Of a DNA stretch of 44,919 nt, positions 34,374 to 41,533 are shown piece by piece. Positions within the stretch are counted from its first letter, which is position 1; every line of letters begins with the position of its first letter. The notes beneath the pieces were generated by a model. It ran no database searches and was not told where the DNA came from. It saw nothing but the letters and a program-made list of their open reading frames with translations. Origin of the DNA: a virus; IMG/VR virus record IMGVR_UViG_3300020202_000030, positions 1 to 44,919 of that record, one strand, 5' to 3'. The position numbers and the translations under genes were made by a program.

Positions 34374-34402
34374 TTGACAAAACTAACTTTGCCATGTATA
34401 GT
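34374..34402 (+). promoter_or_regulatory. Near-consensus sigma70 promoter TTGACA-17-TATAGT
   Basis: Read directly: -35 at 34374-34379, -10 at 34397-34402, with an exact 17-nt spacer. Lies upstream of the RHH gene at 34442. Confidence 0.55.
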
Positions 34403-34441
34403 CGATTTACTCCTACATTAACGATATTGCCGACGATAATT

Positions 34442-34600
34442 ATGAAAAAAAAGAACTTCACGTTGAGGCTTGATGAGGAAATTATAAAAAGTGCCAAAAT
34501 GAGAGCGATATTAGAAGGCACGAATGTCTCAGCCGTTATAGAAGAATTTTTAATGAACTACGCAAAAAGCATCGAAGTTACAAGAAACAAAAAAGCGTAG
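34442..34600 (+). CDS. Ribbon-helix-helix protein 1 (Arc/CopG-like), 52 aa
   Basis: MKKKNFTLRLDEEIIKSAKMRAILEGTNVSAVIEEFLMNY. Internal ATG of track ORF 34343..34600, chosen because the longer form would start inside the promoter. Confidence 0.5.
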   Translation: MKKKNFTLRLDEEIIKSAKMRAILEGTNVSAVIEEFLMNYAKSIEVTRNKKA

Positions 34601-34625
34601 GTTAAATTTTTTTTGCCTAGTGTGC

Positions 34626-34660
34626 TGTGTACAAGGCATTCTGTGTAGATGTGTACAAGG
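34626..34660. promoter_or_regulatory. Direct repeats TGTGTACAAGG x2 (24-bp period)
   Basis: Read directly at 34626-34636 and 34650-34660, between RHH genes 1 and 2. Each contains the TGTACA palindrome. Confidence 0.4.
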
Positions 34661-34686
34661 TGATACGTTAAGAATAGGAGAATGGA

Positions 34687-34836
34687 ATGATGGCGGTGAA
34701 GAAGTTGACTTTATCAATCAATCGTAAAGTGCTGTGTGATGCTCAAGTAGCTGCTAGGAGAAAAGACGAAAGGTTAACTGAAGTATTAAAAGATTATCTA
34801 AAAAAATATGCTCAGAAGACAGCCAAGAATGGTTAA
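34687..34836 (+). CDS. Ribbon-helix-helix protein 2, 49 aa (below cutoff)
   Basis: Hand-translated MMAVKKLTLSINRKVLCDAQVAARRKDERLTEVLKDYLKKYAQKTAKNG. AGGAG lies 6 nt upstream. Confidence 0.45.
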   Translation: MMAVKKLTLSINRKVLCDAQVAARRKDERLTEVLKDYLKKYAQKTAKNG

Positions 34837-35002
34837 TCTTTTAGTTACGATCACTCGTGACGGTCATCCGCCGGTTCAGTCGATTTATTACTCGATCAGG
34901 ACTTCAATCCTATGGGCAGTTGTAGACTTCATTGAAAACTTGCCACCCGAAGTTCCGCTTAGATACGTTCACATTGAACCTTATTTAGAAAAAGGAGATT
35001 AA
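34829..35002 (+). CDS. Hypothetical protein, 57 aa
   Basis: ATG at 34829 inside track ORF 34808..35002. 8-nt overlap with RHH 2. Confidence 0.35.
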   Translation: MVNLLVTITRDGHPPVQSIYYSIRTSILWAVVDFIENLPPEVPLRYVHIEPYLEKGD

Positions 35003-35004
35003 CC

Positions 35005-35214
35005 TTGGCACCAAGAACAATTGCTGATAGACCGCATCTGTTTGAAGCTAAGCAAGAGGTTAAGCTGAGACTGCCTAATGAAATAACTAAGCAAGTGGAG
35101 TCAGTCATTAAGCGAGGTAACTATCGGTACTTTACTGAGTTTGCGGTTGAGGCGATTAAGGAAAAGTTAAAAAGGGAAATTCGGAACTCGAAGAGGAAGG
35201 GAAAAAATGATTAG
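35005..35214 (+). CDS. Ribbon-helix-helix protein 3, 69 aa
   Basis: EVKLRLPNEITKQVESVIKRGNYRYFTEFAVEAIKEKL. TTG start. Confidence 0.5.
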   Translation: MAPRTIADRPHLFEAKQEVKLRLPNEITKQVESVIKRGNYRYFTEFAVEAIKEKLKREIRNSKRKGKND

Positions 35215-35749
35215 CACAAAACTACAAATTCATACCAGCAATCGTATAGCTGCACATTTAGATTCCCACAATAATTTAGTTGAGAAGTTCGCTAAGTGGA
35301 TATATGACGAAACTGCGGATGGCTCAATAGTCAGTGAAAAAAAATGTGCGGACTTTATTTCAAGGCTTAAAGGTGAGTCTGTAAGACAAAATGACGTAAA
35401 GCGATGGATAAGCAACGCACGAAAATATTCTGAGAAATATTTGAGCCACTTCATCATTCGAGTACCTACTCAAGGATGGCGGATTGCTATCGGTAATGAG
35501 CGCCCAAGGTTTGCAGGTAAGATCGTTCATATTCATGCCGAATGGGGCAATAGAGCCTTTAATGCTTTAGGCGCATTGAAGCCAAATGAAATCGATGAAC
35601 TATATAAAGATTATTTACTCAGAATCAAAAGCAATCTTGATAAGACATCATCACTTAGAAGGAACTTTCATCAGGGGTGGATAGAATACATCAAAAAGGA
35701 AAAGGAGAGAATAAAGGAAAATGAACGCAAGCTCATCGAAAGTAAGTAA
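35207..35749 (+). CDS. Unknown protein, 180 aa
   Basis: Track ORF with 8-nt overlap with RHH 3. No family recognised. Confidence 0.55.
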   Translation: MISTKLQIHTSNRIAAHLDSHNNLVEKFAKWIYDETADGSIVSEKKCADFISRLKGESVRQNDVKRWISNARKYSEKYLSHFIIRVPTQGWRIAIGNERPRFAGKIVHIHAEWGNRAFNALGALKPNEIDELYKDYLLRIKSNLDKTSSLRRNFHQGWIEYIKKEKERIKENERKLIESK

Positions 35750-36212
35750 TCTAAAGAAGTGTGCGGTTTGTAAGCGCGATAAGAAGATATATGAATTTCG
35801 TAAAAGGAAGCCTGCTTTAGGCGGCGGGTATTATTCTACCTGCACTGAATGTAAGAAGAGGCTCAAAGATTCAATGGAATCAAAGAAAATGGCAACGTTG
35901 GTGCCACCGGTAGAAATAGATCCAAAAGATCCTATCAAACTCGACTTCCTTCTTGATCTCGACGGTTGGACGACGGATGAGATTAAAGTGTTTCTTTTGA
36001 CAGTTAAAAAGTATAAATCAGCGCCATACAGAATGAAACTTCCCCATATCTATAAGAAGTTCTTTCCTGGTAGAGGTGTTTCAAATTGCAGTCTTTTATT
36101 AACTGAGTTCAAAGAAGCCGCTAGAAAAGGACTTACTTTTGACCAATATATTAAGGAAGGCCGTAAGTTCCGCCGCGACGGTAAGCGAGTACTAGCGGTG
36201 CCTGGTAAATGA
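35721..36212 (+). CDS. Zinc-ribbon plus SANT/Myb-like protein, 163 aa
   Basis: CAVC...CTEC at the N-terminus. WTTDEIKVFLLTVKKY resembles a SANT/Myb helix. Confidence 0.55.
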   Translation: MNASSSKVSNLKKCAVCKRDKKIYEFRKRKPALGGGYYSTCTECKKRLKDSMESKKMATLVPPVEIDPKDPIKLDFLLDLDGWTTDEIKVFLLTVKKYKSAPYRMKLPHIYKKFFPGRGVSNCSLLLTEFKEAARKGLTFDQYIKEGRKFRRDGKRVLAVPGK

Positions 36213-36382
36213 ATAACCCTCAAAATGAATGGCTTGTAGTTAAAGAAGTCGCCAAACTAGCCGATCTAACAGAAGTGGCAATCCGAAAAGCGATCCAACA
36301 GCGTCGCCTAAACGCCCATTTCATCGGTCGCCAGTGGCTCATACACAAATCGGAGGCCGAGAGATTCGCATACGAACGGTAG
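36209..36382 (+). CDS. xis: Excisionase-family HTH protein, 57 aa (below cutoff)
   Basis: Hand-translated MNNPQNEWLVVKEVAKLADLTEVAIRKAIQQRRLNAHFIGRQWLIHKSEAERFAYER. HTH_17-like. Sits directly upstream of int. Confidence 0.6.
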   Translation: MNNPQNEWLVVKEVAKLADLTEVAIRKAIQQRRLNAHFIGRQWLIHKSEAERFAYER

Positions 36383-36429
36383 TTTTTTGTCTTGTAATTA
36401 TCGCAAACGCAACTTAAATTGGAGGGTCT

Positions 36430-37614
36430 ATGGCTAAGGGAACGGGTATAAGAATCAGGTGTAAGGTTTGTCGGAAGCTTGGTCGGGTGGAGTCTGAATG
36501 TACGGCTCATAGGGAAAGGGTGTATGAGTGGCGTATTAGGACTCCTCATGGGTGGGAATCGGGGACTTGTGACTCATATGAACAGGCAAAGATTGATCGT
36601 TCAGAAGTTTATAAGCAACTACATCAAGGAACTTATCGCAAAGTTGAGCCAATTACATTCAATCAGATGGCTGATCGATGGTTATCGGAACAGCACTCTG
36701 AACTCGAATTTCATGTAAAGGAACAGTACAGAAGAATTATAGCTGCTCACATGCGACCAGTTTTCGGCGAGGTTAAGATGGCTGCAATTACTACTGAGGA
36801 CATCTCAAACCTTAGGAATAAGTACAAAAGCATGTCTATTGCATTTAAAAACCACCTCAATCGAATTTTAGGAAGCATCTTCCGTCTTGCCTTGTACTAT
36901 GGGTTTATTACAAAGAACGTTACTATCATGGCAAGAAAGCCCATGCCGAAAGCTTACGAACGGATTGAGATTCTTACTCCTCCTCAGATTGCTCACTTAC
37001 TGAATGTATGTCGACCGGCTAATCGCCTTTATTACCAAATGGCTATTTACACAGGATTGAGAGCGCAGGAGCTGATTGCTCTGGATTATTCAAAGATTGA
37101 TTATAAGAGAAAAAAAATAATCGTAGACCGCGCTCTAAGAACGTGTAGCACAAAAATTGAACGTGAGACTTATAAATCTAGCTACAGATTTAAAGTTTGT
37201 AAGACTCCTAGTAGCCATAGAGAAGTTCCTATTGGAGATGATCTTCTTGAAGCCATAGGCTATCACAGACTACAAGCATCACCGAATCCACTGAACCTTG
37301 TATTTGCTGGAAGGACTGGACGGCCATTTATTGAAACAAATAAGAGTCTTGAATTTAATGAAGACTGTGCCAAGGCTAGAGAGACGATGCCTGATTTTCC
37401 AGTTTTAACCTTCCATAAACTTAGGCATACCTACTGCTCGATCTTAATGGATCAGGGGGTCGATCTTAAAACGATTCAGGAACTGATGGGCCATGCTGAT
37501 GAGAAACTAATCATGAAAATTTATGCCCACGTAAATAGGTATAAAAAAGACTACGCTGCAATAGCCAAAGGTCTAGAAGATTACCTCCGAGAGAACGCCG
37601 ATAGTGGGTTATAA
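36430..37614 (+). CDS. int: Tyrosine integrase
   Basis: GLRAQELIAL (Arg box) and HKLRHTYCSILMDQGVDLKTIQELMGHADEKLIMKIYAHV (H-x-x-R ... Y). GGAGGG SD. Confidence 0.9.
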   Translation: MAKGTGIRIRCKVCRKLGRVESECTAHRERVYEWRIRTPHGWESGTCDSYEQAKIDRSEVYKQLHQGTYRKVEPITFNQMADRWLSEQHSELEFHVKEQYRRIIAAHMRPVFGEVKMAAITTEDISNLRNKYKSMSIAFKNHLNRILGSIFRLALYYGFITKNVTIMARKPMPKAYERIEILTPPQIAHLLNVCRPANRLYYQMAIYTGLRAQELIALDYSKIDYKRKKIIVDRALRTCSTKIERETYKSSYRFKVCKTPSSHREVPIGDDLLEAIGYHRLQASPNPLNLVFAGRTGRPFIETNKSLEFNEDCAKARETMPDFPVLTFHKLRHTYCSILMDQGVDLKTIQELMGHADEKLIMKIYAHVNRYKKDYAAIAKGLEDYLRENADSGL

Positions 37615-37622
37615 TACTCACC

Positions 37623-37650
37623 ATGCTCACATCATGCTCACATGTATGTC
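37623..37650 (+). repeat. 28-bp direct repeat, copy 1 (ATGCTCACA-nn-ATGCTCACATGTATGTC)
   Basis: Read directly. 26/28 identical to 37918-37945. Confidence 0.85.
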
Positions 37651-37917
37651 AGGAAACAGGCAGATTCAAGCAACACTGAAATACAACTGATTTAATTAAC
37701 AGACAAATGAACTATACAGCTAAAACGCATAACATATTTAAAACAATAGACTTAATGACAGCAAGAAAAAACAGATGACAACAGCGAATACAATTTTTTC
37801 ATGGTGAACAAAGTCAAGTTAGAAGATGCCTTAGCATTTAACGTATATGCCTTATTATGAACATAACTTCAATATTTTCAATAAGTAGTAATTTTAATTA
37901 ATCGTAAAACAATCTGT

Positions 37918-37945
37918 ATGCTCACACTATGCTCACATGTATGTC
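37918..37945 (+). repeat. 28-bp direct repeat, copy 2
   Basis: Read directly, 295 bp downstream of copy 1. Confidence 0.85.
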
Positions 37946-38142
37946 TCACCTATGTCAAATCCACCCGTAATTCCGCCATTTTCCCACCAAGACAACACTA
38001 GACACTAGACAACATCAAACTAATTAAATCTTTACTTTCTCACTTGCATGTGTACACTAATACACATCTACACAGGCAGGTATATGGACCCGATGATGTA
38101 CTGCTACGCTCTGATTACTTGTATTCTTTTAGAGCTGCGGCG

Positions 38143-38164
38143 TAACTTTAAGAAATAACTTTAA
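38143..38164 (+). promoter_or_regulatory. Direct repeats TAACTTTAA x2 (13-bp period), 3' of the repressor gene
   Basis: Read directly at 38143-38151 and 38156-38164. They share the AACTTTA core with the 38639/38680 repeats. Confidence 0.3.
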
Positions 38165-38237
38165 AGACTGATAGGTAGGTGTCAGGGCCGACTGGTGTAG
38201 GTAATAAGTAAAGGGTGGTAAAAAGGGTAATAGAAAG

Positions 38238-38600
38238 CTACTTCCACTCAAGTTTGAGATATAAATTGCGCGGTAAATTGACCGGAACAGATATTATCTG
38301 ACCATCCGGTTCGTTCGTAGTAGGTCTCGCAGCTTCCTTTAAAGGTACGACAGTAGGGAATCCATCCGCAGCTTTTTGAAAGTCCGACGCAATGATCGCC
38401 TGGGAAATTTCGCGCTCTTTCATACCAAGCACGTTTTCTAAACGAAACGCGAACTCAAGTGAGGGGATCTTACCGGATTCAATTTGGGTAAGATAAGAAT
38501 TGTTGCAACCCATTTTTTTCGCCAGCTCAACCTTCGATAATCCTTGAGCCATTCGCGCAGATTTTATCTTCTTAGAAACGTCTTTTAATTCGGTCGTCAT
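38238..38600 (-). CDS. CI-like repressor (XRE-family HTH, no S24 peptidase domain), 120 aa
   Basis: ARMAQGLSKVELAKKMGCNNSYLTQIESGK. Divergent from a Cro-like gene. No SD before the ATG. Confidence 0.8.
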   Translation of the reverse strand: MTTELKDVSKKIKSARMAQGLSKVELAKKMGCNNSYLTQIESGKIPSLEFAFRLENVLGMKEREISQAIIASDFQKAADGFPTVVPLKEAARPTTNEPDGQIISVPVNLPRNLYLKLEWK

Positions 38601-38605
38601 GGTTT

Positions 38606-38619
38606 TAGGGTATACCCTA
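38606..38619. promoter_or_regulatory. 14-bp perfect palindrome TAGGGTATACCCTA, 6 bp from the repressor start
   Basis: Read directly. Overlaps the putative -10 of the leftward promoter. Confidence 0.4.
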
Positions 38620-38638
38620 TCGTAATTTTTGTCAATGA

Positions 38639-38692
38639 AAACTTTACAAAACTATACGCCAAATTTATTTGTTGTCAGGAAACTTTACAAAA
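38639..38692 (+). promoter_or_regulatory. 13-bp direct repeats AAACTTTACAAAA x2 (41-bp period)
   Basis: Read directly at 38639-38651 and 38680-38692. Each is preceded by TTGTCA. Confidence 0.45.
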
Positions 38693-38700
38693 AGTACAAT
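38672..38700 (+). promoter_or_regulatory. Rightward promoter candidate TTGTCA-17-TACAAT
   Basis: Read directly, about 55 nt upstream of the Cro-like ATG. Confidence 0.45.
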
Positions 38701-38756
38701 TACTTTACTTTAAGTGAATTTCGCTGACATTAAGTCAATCTATTCAAGAGGAATCA

Positions 38757-38999
38757 ATGCCTAAATTAACTCATAAAAAGAAGAGATTTCTAGGCGATGT
38801 TCTCGCTATCCGACGCACTGCTCTAGGATTCTCCATCAACAGCCTCGCTAAGGAACTCAACTGTAGCCGGATGACCGTTCATAACTGGGAAATTGGTAAG
38901 TATGAACCCGCGCCGCAATGGATCGTTAAACTTTCAAAGGTATTAAGAATGAAACCCGAAAAGTTCATTTTGGGAGCTAGTGATGGAAAAGCAAAATAA
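38757..38999 (+). CDS. Cro-like XRE-family HTH regulator, 80 aa
   Basis: LGFSINSLAKELNCSRMTVHNWEIGK. AGAGGA SD. Confidence 0.7.
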   Translation: MPKLTHKKKRFLGDVLAIRRTALGFSINSLAKELNCSRMTVHNWEIGKYEPAPQWIVKLSKVLRMKPEKFILGASDGKAK

Positions 39000-39183
39000 C
39001 GTATCTGAACTCTTAACAACTGAGGAAGTGGCTGAGCTTCTACGAGTCAAGGTGCGCTGGGTCTATACCCAGTCACGTTTAGGCAAAATCCCACATATGA
39101 AGCTCGGCAATCACATCCGTTTCCAAAAGGATGTAGTCCTTAAACACTACGGCTATATAAACGGAAACGGCACTCAGCATTGA
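38980..39183 (+). CDS. Excisionase-family (HTH_17) DNA-binding protein, 67 aa
   Basis: LLTTEEVAELLRVKVRWVYTQSRLGKIPHMKLGNHIRF. Confidence 0.6.
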   Translation: MMEKQNNVSELLTTEEVAELLRVKVRWVYTQSRLGKIPHMKLGNHIRFQKDVVLKHYGYINGNGTQH

Positions 39184-39281
39184 TCTGCCCAAACTGTAAT
39201 AAACCTCTAAATGTTCAATCCAACGGTTATGACAGCTATGAAGCTATCTGTCTTAGCTGCGGTTACTATACGGAAGATTAA
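39180..39281 (+). CDS. Possible 33-aa zinc ribbon
   Basis: Hand-translated LICPNCNKPLNVQSNGYDSYEAICLSCGYYTED. The TTG start overlaps the upstream stop, and its TAA overlaps the next ATG. Confidence 0.25.
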   Translation: MICPNCNKPLNVQSNGYDSYEAICLSCGYYTED

Positions 39282-40063
39282 TGGCCTGGATTGAATCACA
39301 CCAAAGCTTAGAGAATCACCCAAAACTCACCAGATTGTGCGCTTTAACTGGGTGGAATCAGGCTGAGGCAATCGGAAAACTGCATCAATTATGGTGGTGG
39401 GCATTGGTTTATGCAGAGGATGGGGATTTGAGCAAATATACCGAAAGTCAGATTTTAGGCAGACTGGATAATGTGATACCACCAAACACACTTTTTAACC
39501 ACTTCATGACAGCAGGGTGGATTGATGAGGACCGTAAATTACATGATTGGTTCGACTTCGCTGGTAGGTACCTCACTGCAAGGTACCATACAAACAACCC
39601 TAATAAATTGAATAAGATACGGAAAAAATATAAGTCTGCCTTAAGGAGGACTAAAGGTCCCCTAAAGTCACTCTACCATACCATACCTAACCATACCAAA
39701 CCAACCATAGGTATTGGTATTGTGCGCCAAGCGCGTCCAGAAAACGCAGAAGATGTAAAAAACTATTTCATTAACATCGGATCAACCGCCGAAGAAGGTC
39801 AACAATTTTGGGACTACCAAACAGCAAAAGGTTGGAAGATCGGCCGAGAATCGATGAAAGATTGGAAGGCCGCGTGCAGGTATTGGGTAAAAAATGGATT
39901 TAAAAAACCAGCAACAACTCAAGACGGTCGATATCTCACAAAAACTCAGCAACATAATTTAGCTGCGTTAGACAAGTGGAAGGAAAAAACCAGTAATGAA
40001 GCAAGAAACGATGACCAAAGTAATTTACTACCTGACAGCAGCGTTCCCGGACCTGAAAATTGA
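39281..40063 (+). CDS. Putative replication initiator / replisome organiser
   Basis: N-terminal W-x-x-H-x-x-L-x-x-HPK...LWWWALVYAEDGDL resembles phage replisome-organiser N-domains. Position after the switch. Internal iteron-like repeats. Confidence 0.5.
   Translation: MAWIESHQSLENHPKLTRLCALTGWNQAEAIGKLHQLWWWALVYAEDGDLSKYTESQILGRLDNVIPPNTLFNHFMTAGWIDEDRKLHDWFDFAGRYLTARYHTNNPNKLNKIRKKYKSALRRTKGPLKSLYHTIPNHTKPTIGIGIVRQARPENAEDVKNYFINIGSTAEEGQQFWDYQTAKGWKIGRESMKDWKAACRYWVKNGFKKPATTQDGRYLTKTQQHNLAALDKWKEKTSNEARNDDQSNLLPDSSVPGPEN
39676..39711 (+). repeat. Iteron-like CCATA(C/G)(C/G) cluster inside the initiator gene
   Basis: Read directly: CCATACC at 39676, 39681 and 39691; CCATAGG at 39705; then TATTGGTATTG. 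Confidence 0.4.
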
Positions 40064-40421
40064 ACCTACTATCTGGCATGAGAGTCTTGGAGATTTGGGA
40101 GATGATGTGGTGATTCAAGCGACGAAGGAAGTGGTAAAGAATCACGCCAGCTCATTCCCTCCGCGTATTGGTGAGATTAGACAAAAAGCGATTGAAATTG
40201 CCAGAAGACCGAAGCCGTTTCCAAAGTTACCGGGAATCCCGGTCAAAGCCGAGGTGGACGGCTTAGTCAACACTCTCACTGGCAAGCGCCCGACAACTAC
40301 CAACTGTTTCTTTTGCTCCTCCGAAAAAGAGGGTGAGTGGGACAAGGAAACGATTAAATACATCACCGATAACTTTCGCCTTTGCCAAACTCACAAGGAG
40401 TGGTCAGCCCAGTGGAAATAA
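39996..40421 (+). CDS. G39P-like helicase loader
   Basis: The AAFPDLKIEPTIWHESLGDLGDDVVIQATKEVVKNHASSFPPRIGEIRQ pattern matches the SPP1 G39P-type loader domain as I recall it. Confidence 0.5.
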   Translation: MKQETMTKVIYYLTAAFPDLKIEPTIWHESLGDLGDDVVIQATKEVVKNHASSFPPRIGEIRQKAIEIARRPKPFPKLPGIPVKAEVDGLVNTLTGKRPTTTNCFFCSSEKEGEWDKETIKYITDNFRLCQTHKEWSAQWK

Positions 40422-41281
40422 TCTACGACAACTCCCAACTTCAAGAGTTTAAAAATTGTCAATATCGCTACTGGCTGCACTATGGACTCGGATACAAAAA
40501 ACGACAGGAGGGAGTGGATGAGCACGATAAGAACTTCGGAACCGCTATTCATGCGGGACTTGAAACGCACTACAAAGGCGGTGACTTGGGGAGTGTTATT
40601 AAAGCGTTTAGTGAGGCTTATCCGACTCAGCTCAGCACCGATGATAACGCCAAAACGCAAGAAAACGGGATCAAAATTCTCCAAGAGTACATCAAGCATT
40701 ACCAAGAGCAAGACAAGAAATTTAAAGTCCTCGCTTGTGAAGAAACCGACACGTTCGAAATCGCGCCAGGAGTCAATTACCGAGTGAAGATTGACCTCAT
40801 TGTCGAGAATACGGAACAAGGCGGCGTTTATGTCATCGATCACAAAACAACGGGGAAATCGTTCGATTATCGCTATTGGAGCCAGTTTGAACCCAATTCG
40901 CAGTTGACCGGATACTCCGCATATGCCCAGAAACGCTTCAAAGAGGCTCATGGTGCGATGATTAACGGCATACGGCTAGGCTACCGCCAGCGGAAGTACT
41001 TGGACTCACCAGCGGGCTTTTATTACGAATTTCAGCGTCAGCTATTCAACCGATCCAAAAACCAAATCGAAGCTTGGAAACGCGATGTCCTTCACTGGGT
41101 CGCTCTACTCACCCTAGCTCGTGAGAACAACCGTTGGGGCAAGAACATGTCCCAATGCACCTACTGTTCCTATCGCCCAATCTGCTTGGCGGAGTGGGAT
41201 CCATTAACCGAATCCGACCGTGACTGTATCGAGATTCAATACGATAAGGTTGATCCGTATGAGTACCTCAAAAAAACATAA
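40382..41281 (+). CDS. PD-(D/E)XK nuclease with a Cas4-type four-Cys cluster
   Basis: One N-terminal Cys (FKNCQYRYW), IDLIVE...VIDHKT catalytic motifs, and a C-terminal CTYCSYRPIC. Start uncertain (TTG at 40382). Confidence 0.75.
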   Translation: MPNSQGVVSPVEIIYDNSQLQEFKNCQYRYWLHYGLGYKKRQEGVDEHDKNFGTAIHAGLETHYKGGDLGSVIKAFSEAYPTQLSTDDNAKTQENGIKILQEYIKHYQEQDKKFKVLACEETDTFEIAPGVNYRVKIDLIVENTEQGGVYVIDHKTTGKSFDYRYWSQFEPNSQLTGYSAYAQKRFKEAHGAMINGIRLGYRQRKYLDSPAGFYYEFQRQLFNRSKNQIEAWKRDVLHWVALLTLARENNRWGKNMSQCTYCSYRPICLAEWDPLTESDRDCIEIQYDKVDPYEYLKKT

Positions 41282-41356
41282 GCATCCGTGGCGGTTGGGC
41301 TACAAAGCGCATCCAAAAGTGAATCGAAAGCGACAAGTTAAACAAAGGGGGGCGAA

Positions 41357-41533
41357 ATGAAACTAGGCGACACAGTAGCGGTAAATTTCCTCATGGAGGT
41401 TGAGGGTATTGAGAAAGATGTGTTCTCAAGAAAACTAAAGGTGAAAGGGATGCTTAAGACCGAAGATGGTACGGTAACATTCATCTCTCTTCCCATCGAA
41501 GCGTGTGAGGTTATCAATGCCATCGCGAGATGA
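41357..41533 (+). CDS. Hypothetical protein, 58 aa (below cutoff)
   Basis: Hand-translated MKLGDTVAVNFLMEVEGIEKDVFSRKLKVKGMLKTEDGTVTFISLPIEACEVINAIAR. AAAGGGGGG SD. Confidence 0.4.
   Translation: MKLGDTVAVNFLMEVEGIEKDVFSRKLKVKGMLKTEDGTVTFISLPIEACEVINAIAR

Larger units (their letters stand above)
37615..38237. other. AT-rich non-coding region, candidate attP
   Basis: 623 bp without a credible ORF, directly 3' of int. Contains several direct repeats. Confidence 0.45.

Noticed and set aside
34343-34441. Long form (85 aa) of the first RHH gene
   Set aside because: The upstream start codons lie within or before the TTGACA-17-TATAGT promoter. The RHH domain itself begins at the ATG at 34442.
37623-37945. 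The two 28-bp direct repeats as a possible mini-CRISPR array
   Set aside because: There are only two copies, 295 bp apart, which is far beyond spacer length. There is no third repeat and there are no cas genes. Their position next to int fits integrase arm sites much better.
37954-37978. GTCAAATCCACCCGTAATTCCGCCA resembles a tRNA T-loop plus 3' acceptor end, a possible attP core derived from a tRNA gene
   Set aside because: The register does not give a proper 5-bp T-stem, 7-nt acceptor and discriminator-CCA arrangement. The would-be acceptor is very AT-rich, and there is no upstream complementary arm. The resemblance is too weak to call.
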